A stretch of 64,000 nucleotides of DNA from Candidatus Altiarchaeota archaeon (GTDB taxonomy: Archaea; Altiarchaeota; Altiarchaeia; IMC4; SCGC-AAA252-I15), in NCBI GenBank assembly GCA_043813075.1, contig JBDRLL010000003.1, positions 54,606-118,605 of the forward strand. Direction: 5' to 3'. Made by a program: the position numbers and the translations under genes. Position 1 is the first letter of the stretch. Every line of letters begins with the position of its first letter. Below the pieces are notes generated by a model, which saw nothing but the letters and a program-made list of their open reading frames with translations, was not told the DNA's origin and did no database searches. Below are positions 56,593-64,000 of the stretch, piece after piece.

Positions 56593-57107
56593 TGGAAGAC
56601 TTCAGGTATCATATGATGGCGGCTGCCGCGATTGCGGTGATACTTTTTCTCATAGGAGTGATGGTGGGGATGGGTTTGGGCTACTATGCCATCCCATCGG
56701 TGATGGATAGGATTGACCCGACTACGACAACCACTACCAGCAGCACGACGACCACTACTACAAGCACAACGACCACGAGCACAACGACATCCACGACTTC
56801 AACAACAACCACGACCATGGAGCCGTTCTACGTTTGCGCAGAGGAGTTGATGAGGGACGAGTTCGTTGAAACCGAATGCTACGGGAAGACTAGCGGAGAA
56901 TACTACAACAGCTCGATGAAGTCCACAGTATGGTATGTGTTGAACAACACCGCTATCGGAGACCACGCCTCCAACAGGGTGAAGGTGGTGGAAGACACCT
57001 GCTACTACACCCTCAAGAAGCTGAACTTCCAGGTTGGCGCGCTTTCCACATGCGTGATACCCCAGGAAAGGAACTGCACGCTGGACGCGGACCTCATTAC
57101 AGACTGA
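56589..57107 (+). CDS. membrane-anchored protein with Thr/Ser-rich stalk and Cys-containing extracellular domain
   Basis: Start set at the internal Met (ATGA overlap with the upstream stop); TM helix, TTTTTSSTTTTTTSTTTTS linker, 4-Cys globular domain. Confidence 0.45.
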   Translation: MMEDFRYHMMAAAAIAVILFLIGVMVGMGLGYYAIPSVMDRIDPTTTTTTSSTTTTTTSTTTTSTTTSTTSTTTTTMEPFYVCAEELMRDEFVETECYGKTSGEYYNSSMKSTVWYVLNNTAIGDHASNRVKVVEDTCYYTLKKLNFQVGALSTCVIPQERNCTLDADLITD

Positions 57108-57164
57108 GGCACCGATTAGTTTAAATTCATCGATACATATTACTAGTATGTTCTCAGGGGTGAT

Positions 57165-57410
57165 GTGATGGAGTATCAGGTTGAAGTGCGCGTAAGCCTT
57201 AAAAAGGGTGTTCTTGACGCTGAAGGCGAGACCGTGCAGAAGTCCCTTAGCCTGCTCGGATTCAGGATAAGCAGGGTCGAGACTGTCAAGACGTACGTGA
57301 TAACCGTCGACGCCGGCTCTGAAGACGCGGCAGTTAAGACCGTTGAAGACGCATGCCAGAGGCTTCTAGCAAACCCGGTCATACAGGAGTATTCCATAAC
57401 GGTGGTGTAG
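57165..57410 (+). CDS. purS: phosphoribosylformylglycinamidine synthase subunit PurS
   Basis: 81 aa; VEVRVSLKKGVLDAEGETVQKSL is the typical PurS fold sequence. Confidence 0.85.
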   Translation: MMEYQVEVRVSLKKGVLDAEGETVQKSLSLLGFRISRVETVKTYVITVDAGSEDAAVKTVEDACQRLLANPVIQEYSITVV

Positions 57411-59720
57411 TTGTACAAGAAGATAGTCGAACACGTCTACGAAGTAGACCTGCTCAACGCAACAGACGATGAGTTAAAACAAGTGACTGCCGAACGGAGT
57501 CTCGGCCTATCGCTCGGCGAGATGAAGATGGTGAGAGACCACTTCAAGAACGAAGGCAGGAACCCCAGGGACGTTGAGCTGGAGGCCATAGCCCAGAGCT
57601 GGAGTGAACACTGCTGCTACAAGACGAGCAAACCCATACTGAAGGATACTGTATTCAACATCAAGGCCCCGCAGAACATCTGCGTGATAAGCGAGGACGC
57701 GGGTGTCGTGGACTTCGATGATAAACACGCCTATGTTGTGGCGCTTGAGTCTCACAATCACCCGTCTGCGCTAGACCCGTATGGTGGGGCGGCTACTGGA
57801 GTCGGCGGGATACTGCGTGATGTCGTGTGCATGGGCGCGCAGCCTATCGCATTGATTGACCCGCTGTTTTTCGGCCCGCTCGATTATGATGAGAAGAAGC
57901 TTCCTAAGGGCGTCAAACATCCTAGATACTTGTTTCACGGCGTGATAGCGGGGATAGCGGACTATGGTAATCGCGTGGGCGTGCCAACTATCGCGGGCAT
58001 GGTGTGTTTTGACGAGAGCTACGTCTCGAACTGCCTGGTTAACGTTGGTTGCATCGGGATACTGCCGAAGGACGAGATAATACACAGCAGGGCTGGCGGT
58101 TCAGGCGACGTCTTCATACTTGCTGGCGGCAAGACGGGGCGTGACGGGATTCACGGCGTCACATTCGCTTCCGCTGAACTGCATGAGGAGAGTGACGAGG
58201 AAAGCAGGCCTGCAGTCCAACTGGGTTACGCGATAATGAAGGAGCCGTTGACACACGCATGTCTTGAAGCCAACAGGAAGAAGCTTTTGACTGGCATGAA
58301 GGATTTCGGGGGAGGTGGGTTGAGCTGTGTTTCAGCGGAGATGGCGCATTCAGCCGGACTTGGCGCGACAATACGCTTGGACAATGTAATGCTGAAGGAG
58401 CCGGGGCTGGCGCCCTGGGAGATATGGGTGTCGGAGAGCCAGGAACGCATGCTGGTTTCGGTTAAGCCTGAAAACGTGGACAGCGTACTTGAGATATTCG
58501 ACTTCTGGGATGTTCCCGCCGCAGTCGTCGGAGAGGTCGACGATTCCGGGAGGATAAAGGCCACATACCAGGGCGTTGAAGTCCTGAACCTTGAGTTGGA
58601 GTACCTGATAAAGGGTGTGTGCTACAACAGGCCCTACAGGAAGCCTCAAGCCTGCCTGACTGAGGTGGAATTCGAGATGCCTGAACTCGGTGATGCTTGC
58701 ATGAGAATTCTTAACATGCAGAATGTTGGCAGCAGGGAGACGATAGTGAGGCGCTATGACCATGAAGTCAGGGGCAGCACAGTCATCAAGCCCATGCAGG
58801 GCGTGGTCAACAGGCAGACTCACGGGGATGCTTCCGTCTTGAAGCCTCTTGAAGACTCCTATCAGGGCCTTTCAATCACATCCGACGTGAACCCTTTCCT
58901 ATGCAGGGCTGACCCATATTGGGGTTCTGCGAGCGCTGTGGACGAGGTCGTGAGGAACCTTGTGGCGGTAAACAGCATGCCACACTCTATGGCTGACTGC
59001 CTTAACTTCGGGAACCCGGAGAAGGAGGAGCGGCTCGGGGACTTCGTGTCAGCTACGGAGGGATTATATTTCGCGGCTAACGCTTATGGGATACCATTCG
59101 TTTCAGGGAACGTGAGCTTATACAATGAGGCTCCGAAGGGGCCGATAGCGCCGACACCCACACTCCTGGGGGTGGGGATAGTTAAGGACGTTAGGAAGTG
59201 CGTGACCTCGGACTTGAAGGATGAGGGCAGCATAGTATACCTGATAGGGGAGACGATGAGGGAGATGCGCGGCTCCCAGTACTACCGCATGATGAATCTG
59301 GATGGCGGATGCGTTCCGACAGTAGACCCAGGTAAGACCAAGAAGAGCATGGAAGAACTGCTGGCCGCCATGGACAAGGGCATCGTTAGGAGCTGCCATG
59401 ACCTGAGCGAAGGCGGGCTGCTCGTCGCCCTGGCTGAAATGTGCTTTGGCGGGGATATGGGTGTTGAAGCGGACTTGAACGGGATGGGAGACTTGCGGAC
59501 AGACTTCAAACTGTTCAGCGAGTCCAACAGCAGGTGGCTTGTTGAGGTATCTCCAGGTAAGGCGGATGAGTTCGAGGAGAATGTGGGTTGCGTCAAGATT
59601 GGGGTCGTAAAGTCGGCTAAGAAAATCGTATTGTCTGATGGTGATGTCAAAATCGAATTGAGTCTCGAGGAGTTAAGAGACAGGTGGGATTCCGCGATAG
59701 GCAGGGAGGTCCCGGAATGA
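57411..59720 (+). CDS. purL: phosphoribosylformylglycinamidine synthase II (PurL), TTG start
   Basis: 769 aa; ALESHNHPSALDPYGGAATGVGG, tandem AIRS domains; starts at TTG immediately after the purS stop. Confidence 0.9.
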   Translation: MYKKIVEHVYEVDLLNATDDELKQVTAERSLGLSLGEMKMVRDHFKNEGRNPRDVELEAIAQSWSEHCCYKTSKPILKDTVFNIKAPQNICVISEDAGVVDFDDKHAYVVALESHNHPSALDPYGGAATGVGGILRDVVCMGAQPIALIDPLFFGPLDYDEKKLPKGVKHPRYLFHGVIAGIADYGNRVGVPTIAGMVCFDESYVSNCLVNVGCIGILPKDEIIHSRAGGSGDVFILAGGKTGRDGIHGVTFASAELHEESDEESRPAVQLGYAIMKEPLTHACLEANRKKLLTGMKDFGGGGLSCVSAEMAHSAGLGATIRLDNVMLKEPGLAPWEIWVSESQERMLVSVKPENVDSVLEIFDFWDVPAAVVGEVDDSGRIKATYQGVEVLNLELEYLIKGVCYNRPYRKPQACLTEVEFEMPELGDACMRILNMQNVGSRETIVRRYDHEVRGSTVIKPMQGVVNRQTHGDASVLKPLEDSYQGLSITSDVNPFLCRADPYWGSASAVDEVVRNLVAVNSMPHSMADCLNFGNPEKEERLGDFVSATEGLYFAANAYGIPFVSGNVSLYNEAPKGPIAPTPTLLGVGIVKDVRKCVTSDLKDEGSIVYLIGETMREMRGSQYYRMMNLDGGCVPTVDPGKTKKSMEELLAAMDKGIVRSCHDLSEGGLLVALAEMCFGGDMGVEADLNGMGDLRTDFKLFSESNSRWLVEVSPGKADEFEENVGCVKIGVVKSAKKIVLSDGDVKIELSLEELRDRWDSAIGREVPE

Positions 59721-60520
59721 AGGCGTGCATACTATTGATAGAAGGCACCAACTGCGAGGACGAGAGTGTGAGAGCCTTCAAAAGCGTCGGCATAGACGCG
59801 GAGAAAGTACACCTGAAGCAGCTGACTGGAGAATGCGTGTCAGAGAGGATGAGGAACCTTGATGAATATGACGCGCTCTTCATACCGGGAGGATGGAGTG
59901 CCGGCGACTACATACGTGCTGGCGCCATATTCGCAGCGAGAATGAAGGCGAAGCTAGGGCCCGCACTAAGGAAATTCACTGAAGACGGGAGGATCATAGT
60001 GGGCGTTTGTAACGGCTTCCAGGTGCTTGTTGAATCCGGACTGCTGCCTGGATTCGATGGGATAAGCGAACGCCCGGAGGCGGTGCTAACAATCAACGCT
60101 TCGAACAGATTCCAGTGCAGGCCATCATTCCTAAAGCACGTTAACAAGTGCAGCATCACCTCGCGCATCCCTGAAGGCAGGGTGCTCCAGGTGCCGGTCG
60201 CGCATGCGGAAGGCAGGCTCAGTTTCGGGTCCAGGAACGATGAATTTCTGGGTAAGCTGGTTGACGGCGGGCAGATAGTGTTCAGATACTGCAGAAGCGA
60301 TGGCGTTGACGCGGAAGGGGAGTTCCCATGGAACCCGAACGGATCGCTCTATGACATTGCAGGCATCTGCAATCCTGAAGGCAGCATACTCGGCATGATG
60401 CCGCATCCTGAGCGGGTCATAGAACCTGTACAGCAGGCGGACTGGACCCGTAAAAAATACGTGGAGGGCGAAGGCAGGATATTCTTCGAAAGCATCAGGG
60501 ACTACCTCAAGTCCAAGTGA
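59717..60520 (+). CDS. purQ: phosphoribosylformylglycinamidine synthase I (PurQ glutaminase)
   Basis: GVCNGFQVL (catalytic Cys), HAEGR, MMPHPER; start set at MKACILL (ATGA overlap with the purL stop). Confidence 0.85.
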   Translation: MKACILLIEGTNCEDESVRAFKSVGIDAEKVHLKQLTGECVSERMRNLDEYDALFIPGGWSAGDYIRAGAIFAARMKAKLGPALRKFTEDGRIIVGVCNGFQVLVESGLLPGFDGISERPEAVLTINASNRFQCRPSFLKHVNKCSITSRIPEGRVLQVPVAHAEGRLSFGSRNDEFLGKLVDGGQIVFRYCRSDGVDAEGEFPWNPNGSLYDIAGICNPEGSILGMMPHPERVIEPVQQADWTRKKYVEGEGRIFFESIRDYLKSK

Positions 60521-61011
60521 ACGCCCTTAGGTATGTCGGAGATGAAAGACATGTTGCCCTGCATCTTGTTCTCGAAACCGCACGTTGTCTTCAGGTCGTC
60601 GCCGCAGACGAACTTAACGTCCGCGAACAACAATCCCTGCTTTATGAGGAGGGCTATTGAATCACCCTCTGAAAGCAGTGGTTTTCCAGACCTTGTTGAT
60701 AGAATGCATTCATCCATGACGCATGACAGCATAATTCTTTCCAACGCATAACATTCCATCCTGCACTCATCGCACGTCTGGATGCACAAGTCATTTACCA
60801 CTTCCAGATGATTCCCGGTCACACTATACCGCCACTCATATCCGTTAAGAGAGTGGATGAGAAAACGTTCCGGCGCGGTAGCACCATACATGAAGTACCC
60901 GCCAGACATGAATGCCATGAGGCCTATCGCAAGATGCAGTAGAGTGAAGATCGCAGTCAACAGGATTATGCGCCGGACCCTAGCAGATTTTTCTGGCGTG
61001 CCAGGGTTCAT
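60502..61011 (-). CDS. membrane-anchored Cys-rich protein, unknown
   Basis: 169 aa; N-terminal TM helix; CIQTCDECRMECYALERIMLSCVMDEC cluster; start overlaps the PCNA stop. Confidence 0.35.
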   Translation of the reverse strand: MNPGTPEKSARVRRIILLTAIFTLLHLAIGLMAFMSGGYFMYGATAPERFLIHSLNGYEWRYSVTGNHLEVVNDLCIQTCDECRMECYALERIMLSCVMDECILSTRSGKPLLSEGDSIALLIKQGLLFADVKFVCGDDLKTTCGFENKMQGNMSFISDIPKGVHLDLR

Positions 61012-61742
61012 ACGCTCTCTATCCGTGGTGCTAGGTAATAGACAACCCTCCCGTCACCTATAGCATACTCGACCCGTAGTGGGGCGTCGGAACGTAGCTT
61101 GAGTGTGACCACGCTCGGCGCCTCAGCAGCCTTCAGTATGTTGTTCAAATGGTCTAGACTAAACACGGCACGAGACTCCTTGCTGACATTGACACTCAAA
61201 ACCTTCTCTTCAGGAAACTGTATGTCCACGCTACCGGTGTCGCCGTCACTTTTTATGCTGAAACCGCCGTCAAGCTTCAACTCCACGTGATTGCTCACCA
61301 GCTCAGCATCCTTGAGAGCTTCTTTTAGTATGTTAGGCGCAATCTTCACTTCAGCGGTGAATTCGATTGAAGGCTCCTTCGGCGGGTTTGAAGAAGCATC
61401 GATGACTGAGACGCTGAAGCTTCTCTTGGTCTCGCCGCGGAATACCATCTTAAGCCGCTGGTCTAGCGTCAAGTCAATCCGGTCCTCAGGCTTTGAACGC
61501 TTGGTTATCTTGTTCAGCTCAGCGAAGTCTATCCCAATGTTGGTGGGATTGTCAACCGAGAACTTCTCGAACGCGCTCCCTGAAAGCTCAAAGTCCACGA
61601 GAGCAATCTGAGAGGGGTCCATCGCACGAAGCTTAAGGCCTTCCTTGCTTATCTGGAAGGTGCCCTCGTCAATCAAGGCTGCAATAGCCTCAATGCTACT
61701 CCTCCAAGACTTAGTGTCGTTAATCGTTGCCTGAAACATCAA
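61008..61742 (-). CDS. pcn: DNA polymerase sliding clamp PCNA
   Basis: 244 aa; N-terminal FQATINDTKSWRSSIEAIAALIDEGTF.. and two-domain length typical of archaeal PCNA. Confidence 0.85.
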   Translation of the reverse strand: MMFQATINDTKSWRSSIEAIAALIDEGTFQISKEGLKLRAMDPSQIALVDFELSGSAFEKFSVDNPTNIGIDFAELNKITKRSKPEDRIDLTLDQRLKMVFRGETKRSFSVSVIDASSNPPKEPSIEFTAEVKIAPNILKEALKDAELVSNHVELKLDGGFSIKSDGDTGSVDIQFPEEKVLSVNVSKESRAVFSLDHLNNILKAAEAPSVVTLKLRSDAPLRVEYAIGDGRVVYYLAPRIESV

Positions 61743-61801
61743 AACACCCCAACCTAATGATGATATTAATTAACGAGTCAGGATATAAAAGCAGGAACAC
61801 G

Positions 61802-63352
61802 TCATATCGTGCTTAGCCTTCTGACCACAAAATCCCGGTCCAACGTAAGCAGGAACATGGCCGCCTTAGGGCCCTTCCGCTTGCCTATAAGCGCCAGGTA
61901 TATGGCCTCAAAGACCTGTTTTGGGTCTTCACCAACGTTCCTTGAAGTCTCGTATATCCGCTTGTGGAAGTCTTCAGGCTTCCATTCTTTCCCAAGCTCC
62001 TGTGAAATCTTCTTCAATGCTTCTAACTGTTTTTCAGTGAGGGAGTCGGATATTTTAGCTGCCTCCCCGTCGTCTATGAGATGGAAGAGTAGGTATTCTG
62101 GACCGTGCTTCTGAACCCATGTTCCCGCCAGTCTTGTGCGTTCCTTGAGGCGTTTTTCAGAGAATCCATCGTAGCCCATGGAGGACACCCGGTCGGACAG
62201 CATGCGTTCATTGTCTTCCGGTATTATCTGCGCCAAGACCGCGCAGAGGGTGAATGGGACGTTAAGGTATTCTGGCTCCCCAATCTGGGACAGGCTGTAC
62301 ATCTCCTTGAATCCTGCGTCACCCTCTTCCTTGCAGAAGTACACGCGTTCCGCGGTGTCGTATTCGTCTGTCAGCGATGTTAGGCTGGATAGGTTTATGT
62401 CCCTCTGCTTCTGAAGCCTCTTGTACATGAAGTACTTCAGTACTTCAGGCTCCGCTATCTCAAGCCAGTCTGAGAGCGTTATCACATTGCCTTGGGAGCT
62501 GGATATCTTAGCCCCGTTGAGGGTGAAGAACTCGTAGACCACAGGCAACGGCGGCTGCCAGCCGAATACTTCCTGGGATATTATCTTGCTGGTGTCATAG
62601 CTTCCGCCTGATGCTGCATGCTCTTTCCCGAAGGGCTCGCACGTGACCTTAAAGTGGTGCCATCGCGCAGCCCATTCGACACGCCAGGGAAGCTTGCCCA
62701 TACCCTGCGAAGCGTCGCTGACGCCTTTGAAGCCGCATCCCTCAACCTCCCCGCCTGAAACATCCGTGGTAACGCACTCGTAGCTGACGTTCATACCGTC
62801 GATGCCGGTCACATTAGTCGTGGATATCCTCCCGCATCCATCGCATACCGGAGTCCATGGAACATAGTCTTCAGGCAGCGGGTCGCTCCTGAACCTGTTG
62901 AGTATTTCACGTATCTTATCCCGCGTCTTGAAGGAGGTCCGTATCTCGTCGAGTAATGCGCCTGTACGGTACAATTCTGTTCCAGAGTATACCGTGGGGT
63001 TGACGCCGAATTTCTCCAAGTCCTCTAGGAACGGTTTTGCCATGTGGTCTACGAAATTGCTGTGGCAGCCGTGGGGGTCAGGGATGTCCTTGACTGGGAA
63101 ACCCAGATGATCGCGGAGGGACTCCATGCCTGCAGGCACCTTGCGGAATGGGTCGCTGTCATCAGATATCCATATCAACTCCGCATCTTGGCCGGACGCC
63201 GCCAAAGCCTTCCTGACGCAGTCCCCCCTTATAACGTCGCTGGCGTTGCCAACGTGGGGTATGCCGGATATGCTCGTCCCGGTGGCGATAACATGGCTAC
63301 CACCCCGACCAACCAATCCCTCGACTATCTCGTCACTCCAATGCATGACCAT
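61802..63352 (-). CDS. lysK: lysyl-tRNA synthetase, class I
   Basis: ATGTSISGIPHVGN (HIGH-type), Zn-binding Cys cluster (CDGCG...C), KMSSS-like region; 516 aa. Confidence 0.85.
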   Translation of the reverse strand: MVMHWSDEIVEGLVGRGGSHVIATGTSISGIPHVGNASDVIRGDCVRKALAASGQDAELIWISDDSDPFRKVPAGMESLRDHLGFPVKDIPDPHGCHSNFVDHMAKPFLEDLEKFGVNPTVYSGTELYRTGALLDEIRTSFKTRDKIREILNRFRSDPLPEDYVPWTPVCDGCGRISTTNVTGIDGMNVSYECVTTDVSGGEVEGCGFKGVSDASQGMGKLPWRVEWAARWHHFKVTCEPFGKEHAASGGSYDTSKIISQEVFGWQPPLPVVYEFFTLNGAKISSSQGNVITLSDWLEIAEPEVLKYFMYKRLQKQRDINLSSLTSLTDEYDTAERVYFCKEEGDAGFKEMYSLSQIGEPEYLNVPFTLCAVLAQIIPEDNERMLSDRVSSMGYDGFSEKRLKERTRLAGTWVQKHGPEYLLFHLIDDGEAAKISDSLTEKQLEALKKISQELGKEWKPEDFHKRIYETSRNVGEDPKQVFEAIYLALIGKRKGPKAAMFLLTLDRDFVVRRLSTI

Positions 63353-63621
63353 ATATTATTAAAATACAGCATAATATTAACCGGCGGTATGATGATGCGA
63401 ACAACCTCTGAATTGTGATGAGTGATGGGCGACCTGACCGCCATTCTGGGTGTGTCCAATGTTAAGGACGGTGTTCTTGGGGTTATGGCCGCTAAATTCA
63501 GGGATAACCTGCAGGAGTACGGGCCATATGACGGGATTACCTTAGCAGAGGGCGGGTCAAACCTTGACGAGCTGGTTACGAGACAATTAATTAGTTTCGA
63601 TTATACAAGTTAATTGACAAG

Positions 63622-64000
63622 ATGAAAGTGGGTTACCTGCACCTAGGGCCCCCTAAACATGGCGTTTGCCGTTACGGGATGCTCCTCGCCGAGGAAGCCA
63701 AGACTAGGAGTGACTTGGAGGTGATGGAGGAGAGGATTATCCTGGGGGATGATTATGGGAAGAACCGGAGGATGCTTGCTAATGCGGGGAAGAGGCTTTC
63801 TGCCGCAGATGTCGTGCACATCCAGTACACGAGGTACCCTGACCTAGTGTGGGGTAAAGGTTTCGATCACGTCCGCAATATGCTGGTGTTCATGATGCAC
63901 TGCAGGACACTGGTGGTCACCACACTCCACGACGTCTATCTGAACGAGTATTTCACTCCCGGGATGGTACTGGGTTTTTACGCGAAATACTTCAAGGGGA
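63622..64000 (+). CDS. hypothetical protein, 3' end runs off window
   Basis: Open frame from the ATG at 63622 to the window end with no stop; coding-like composition. Confidence 0.35.
   Translation, partial: MKVGYLHLGPPKHGVCRYGMLLAEEAKTRSDLEVMEERIILGDDYGKNRRMLANAGKRLSAADVVHIQYTRYPDLVWGKGFDHVRNMLVFMMHCRTLVVTTLHDVYLNEYFTPGMVLGFYAKYFKG

Noticed and set aside
63422-63613. 63-aa GTG-start ORF between lysK and the last partial gene
   Set aside because: Short, alternative start, no motif; probably a 5' UTR/promoter region of the diverging genes.
1-64000. Search for tRNA/rRNA/ncRNA genes and CRISPR arrays
   Set aside because: No cloverleaf-compatible GC-rich 70-90-nt islands were obvious in intergenic spaces, and no regularly spaced repeats were seen. 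Without a covariance-model scan (tRNAscan-SE/Infernal) absence cannot be proven, so none reported.

Overview
This window reads as an archaeal chromosome segment of about 52% GC. It is densely coded on both strands, with roughly 70 genes, frequent 1-20 bp overlaps between adjacent genes and several TTG/GTG starts. No rRNA, CRISPR array or transposase was seen, and no tRNA could be found by eye. Calls rest on conserved motifs visible in the supplied translations; family names come from memory of those families, and no search or HMM was run.

Recognisable housekeeping genes include:
- RNA and translation: tRNA-splicing endonuclease (5' end truncated at the window edge), ribosomal protein L31e, aIF6, class I LysRS, an e-MtaB-type methylthiotransferase, Trm5.
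- Replication and repair: PCNA, a long-form Hef helicase-nuclease, a HerA-like ATPase, a PriL-like protein.
- Biosynthesis: hisB, purD and purA/purS/purL/purQ, chorismate mutase, prephenate dehydratase, archaeal NMNAT, an IMPase/FBPase-family enzyme.
- Other: a form III RuBisCO large subunit, geranylgeranyl reductase, an ECF-type ABC importer, and several glycosyltransferases (GT2, GT4, and a GT-C PMT/ArnT-like enzyme).

The most striking region is a ~13 kb locus at 41.1-54.2 kb:
- It packs six radical SAM enzymes.
- Three have N-terminal B12-binding domains.
- Three are mutually paralogous CX3CX2C enzymes with a shared N-terminal Cys/His knuckle.
- A class I SAM methyltransferase and a large GT-C-fold membrane glycosyltransferase sit in the same operon.
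- Digeranylgeranylglycerophospholipid reductase lies next door.
- I interpret this as a candidate, apparently undescribed, membrane-lipid (tetraether/isoprenoid) tailoring island in the Tes/Grs/Cds enzyme space. A RiPP-like pathway is the alternative.

Other notable items:
- A single polypeptide fusing a RaSEA-like radical SAM domain to an ArcS-type PC-X3-KPY-X2-S-X2-H domain (archaeosine pathway).
- A 43-44 bp direct repeat bracketing an inserted methyltransferase gene.
- A 769-aa coiled-coil/Pro-Thr-rich protein with duplicated terminal HTH-like modules.
- An ECF importer next to a DUF4430-like secreted protein, possibly for cobalamin scavenging.
- Thr-rich stalk surface proteins.
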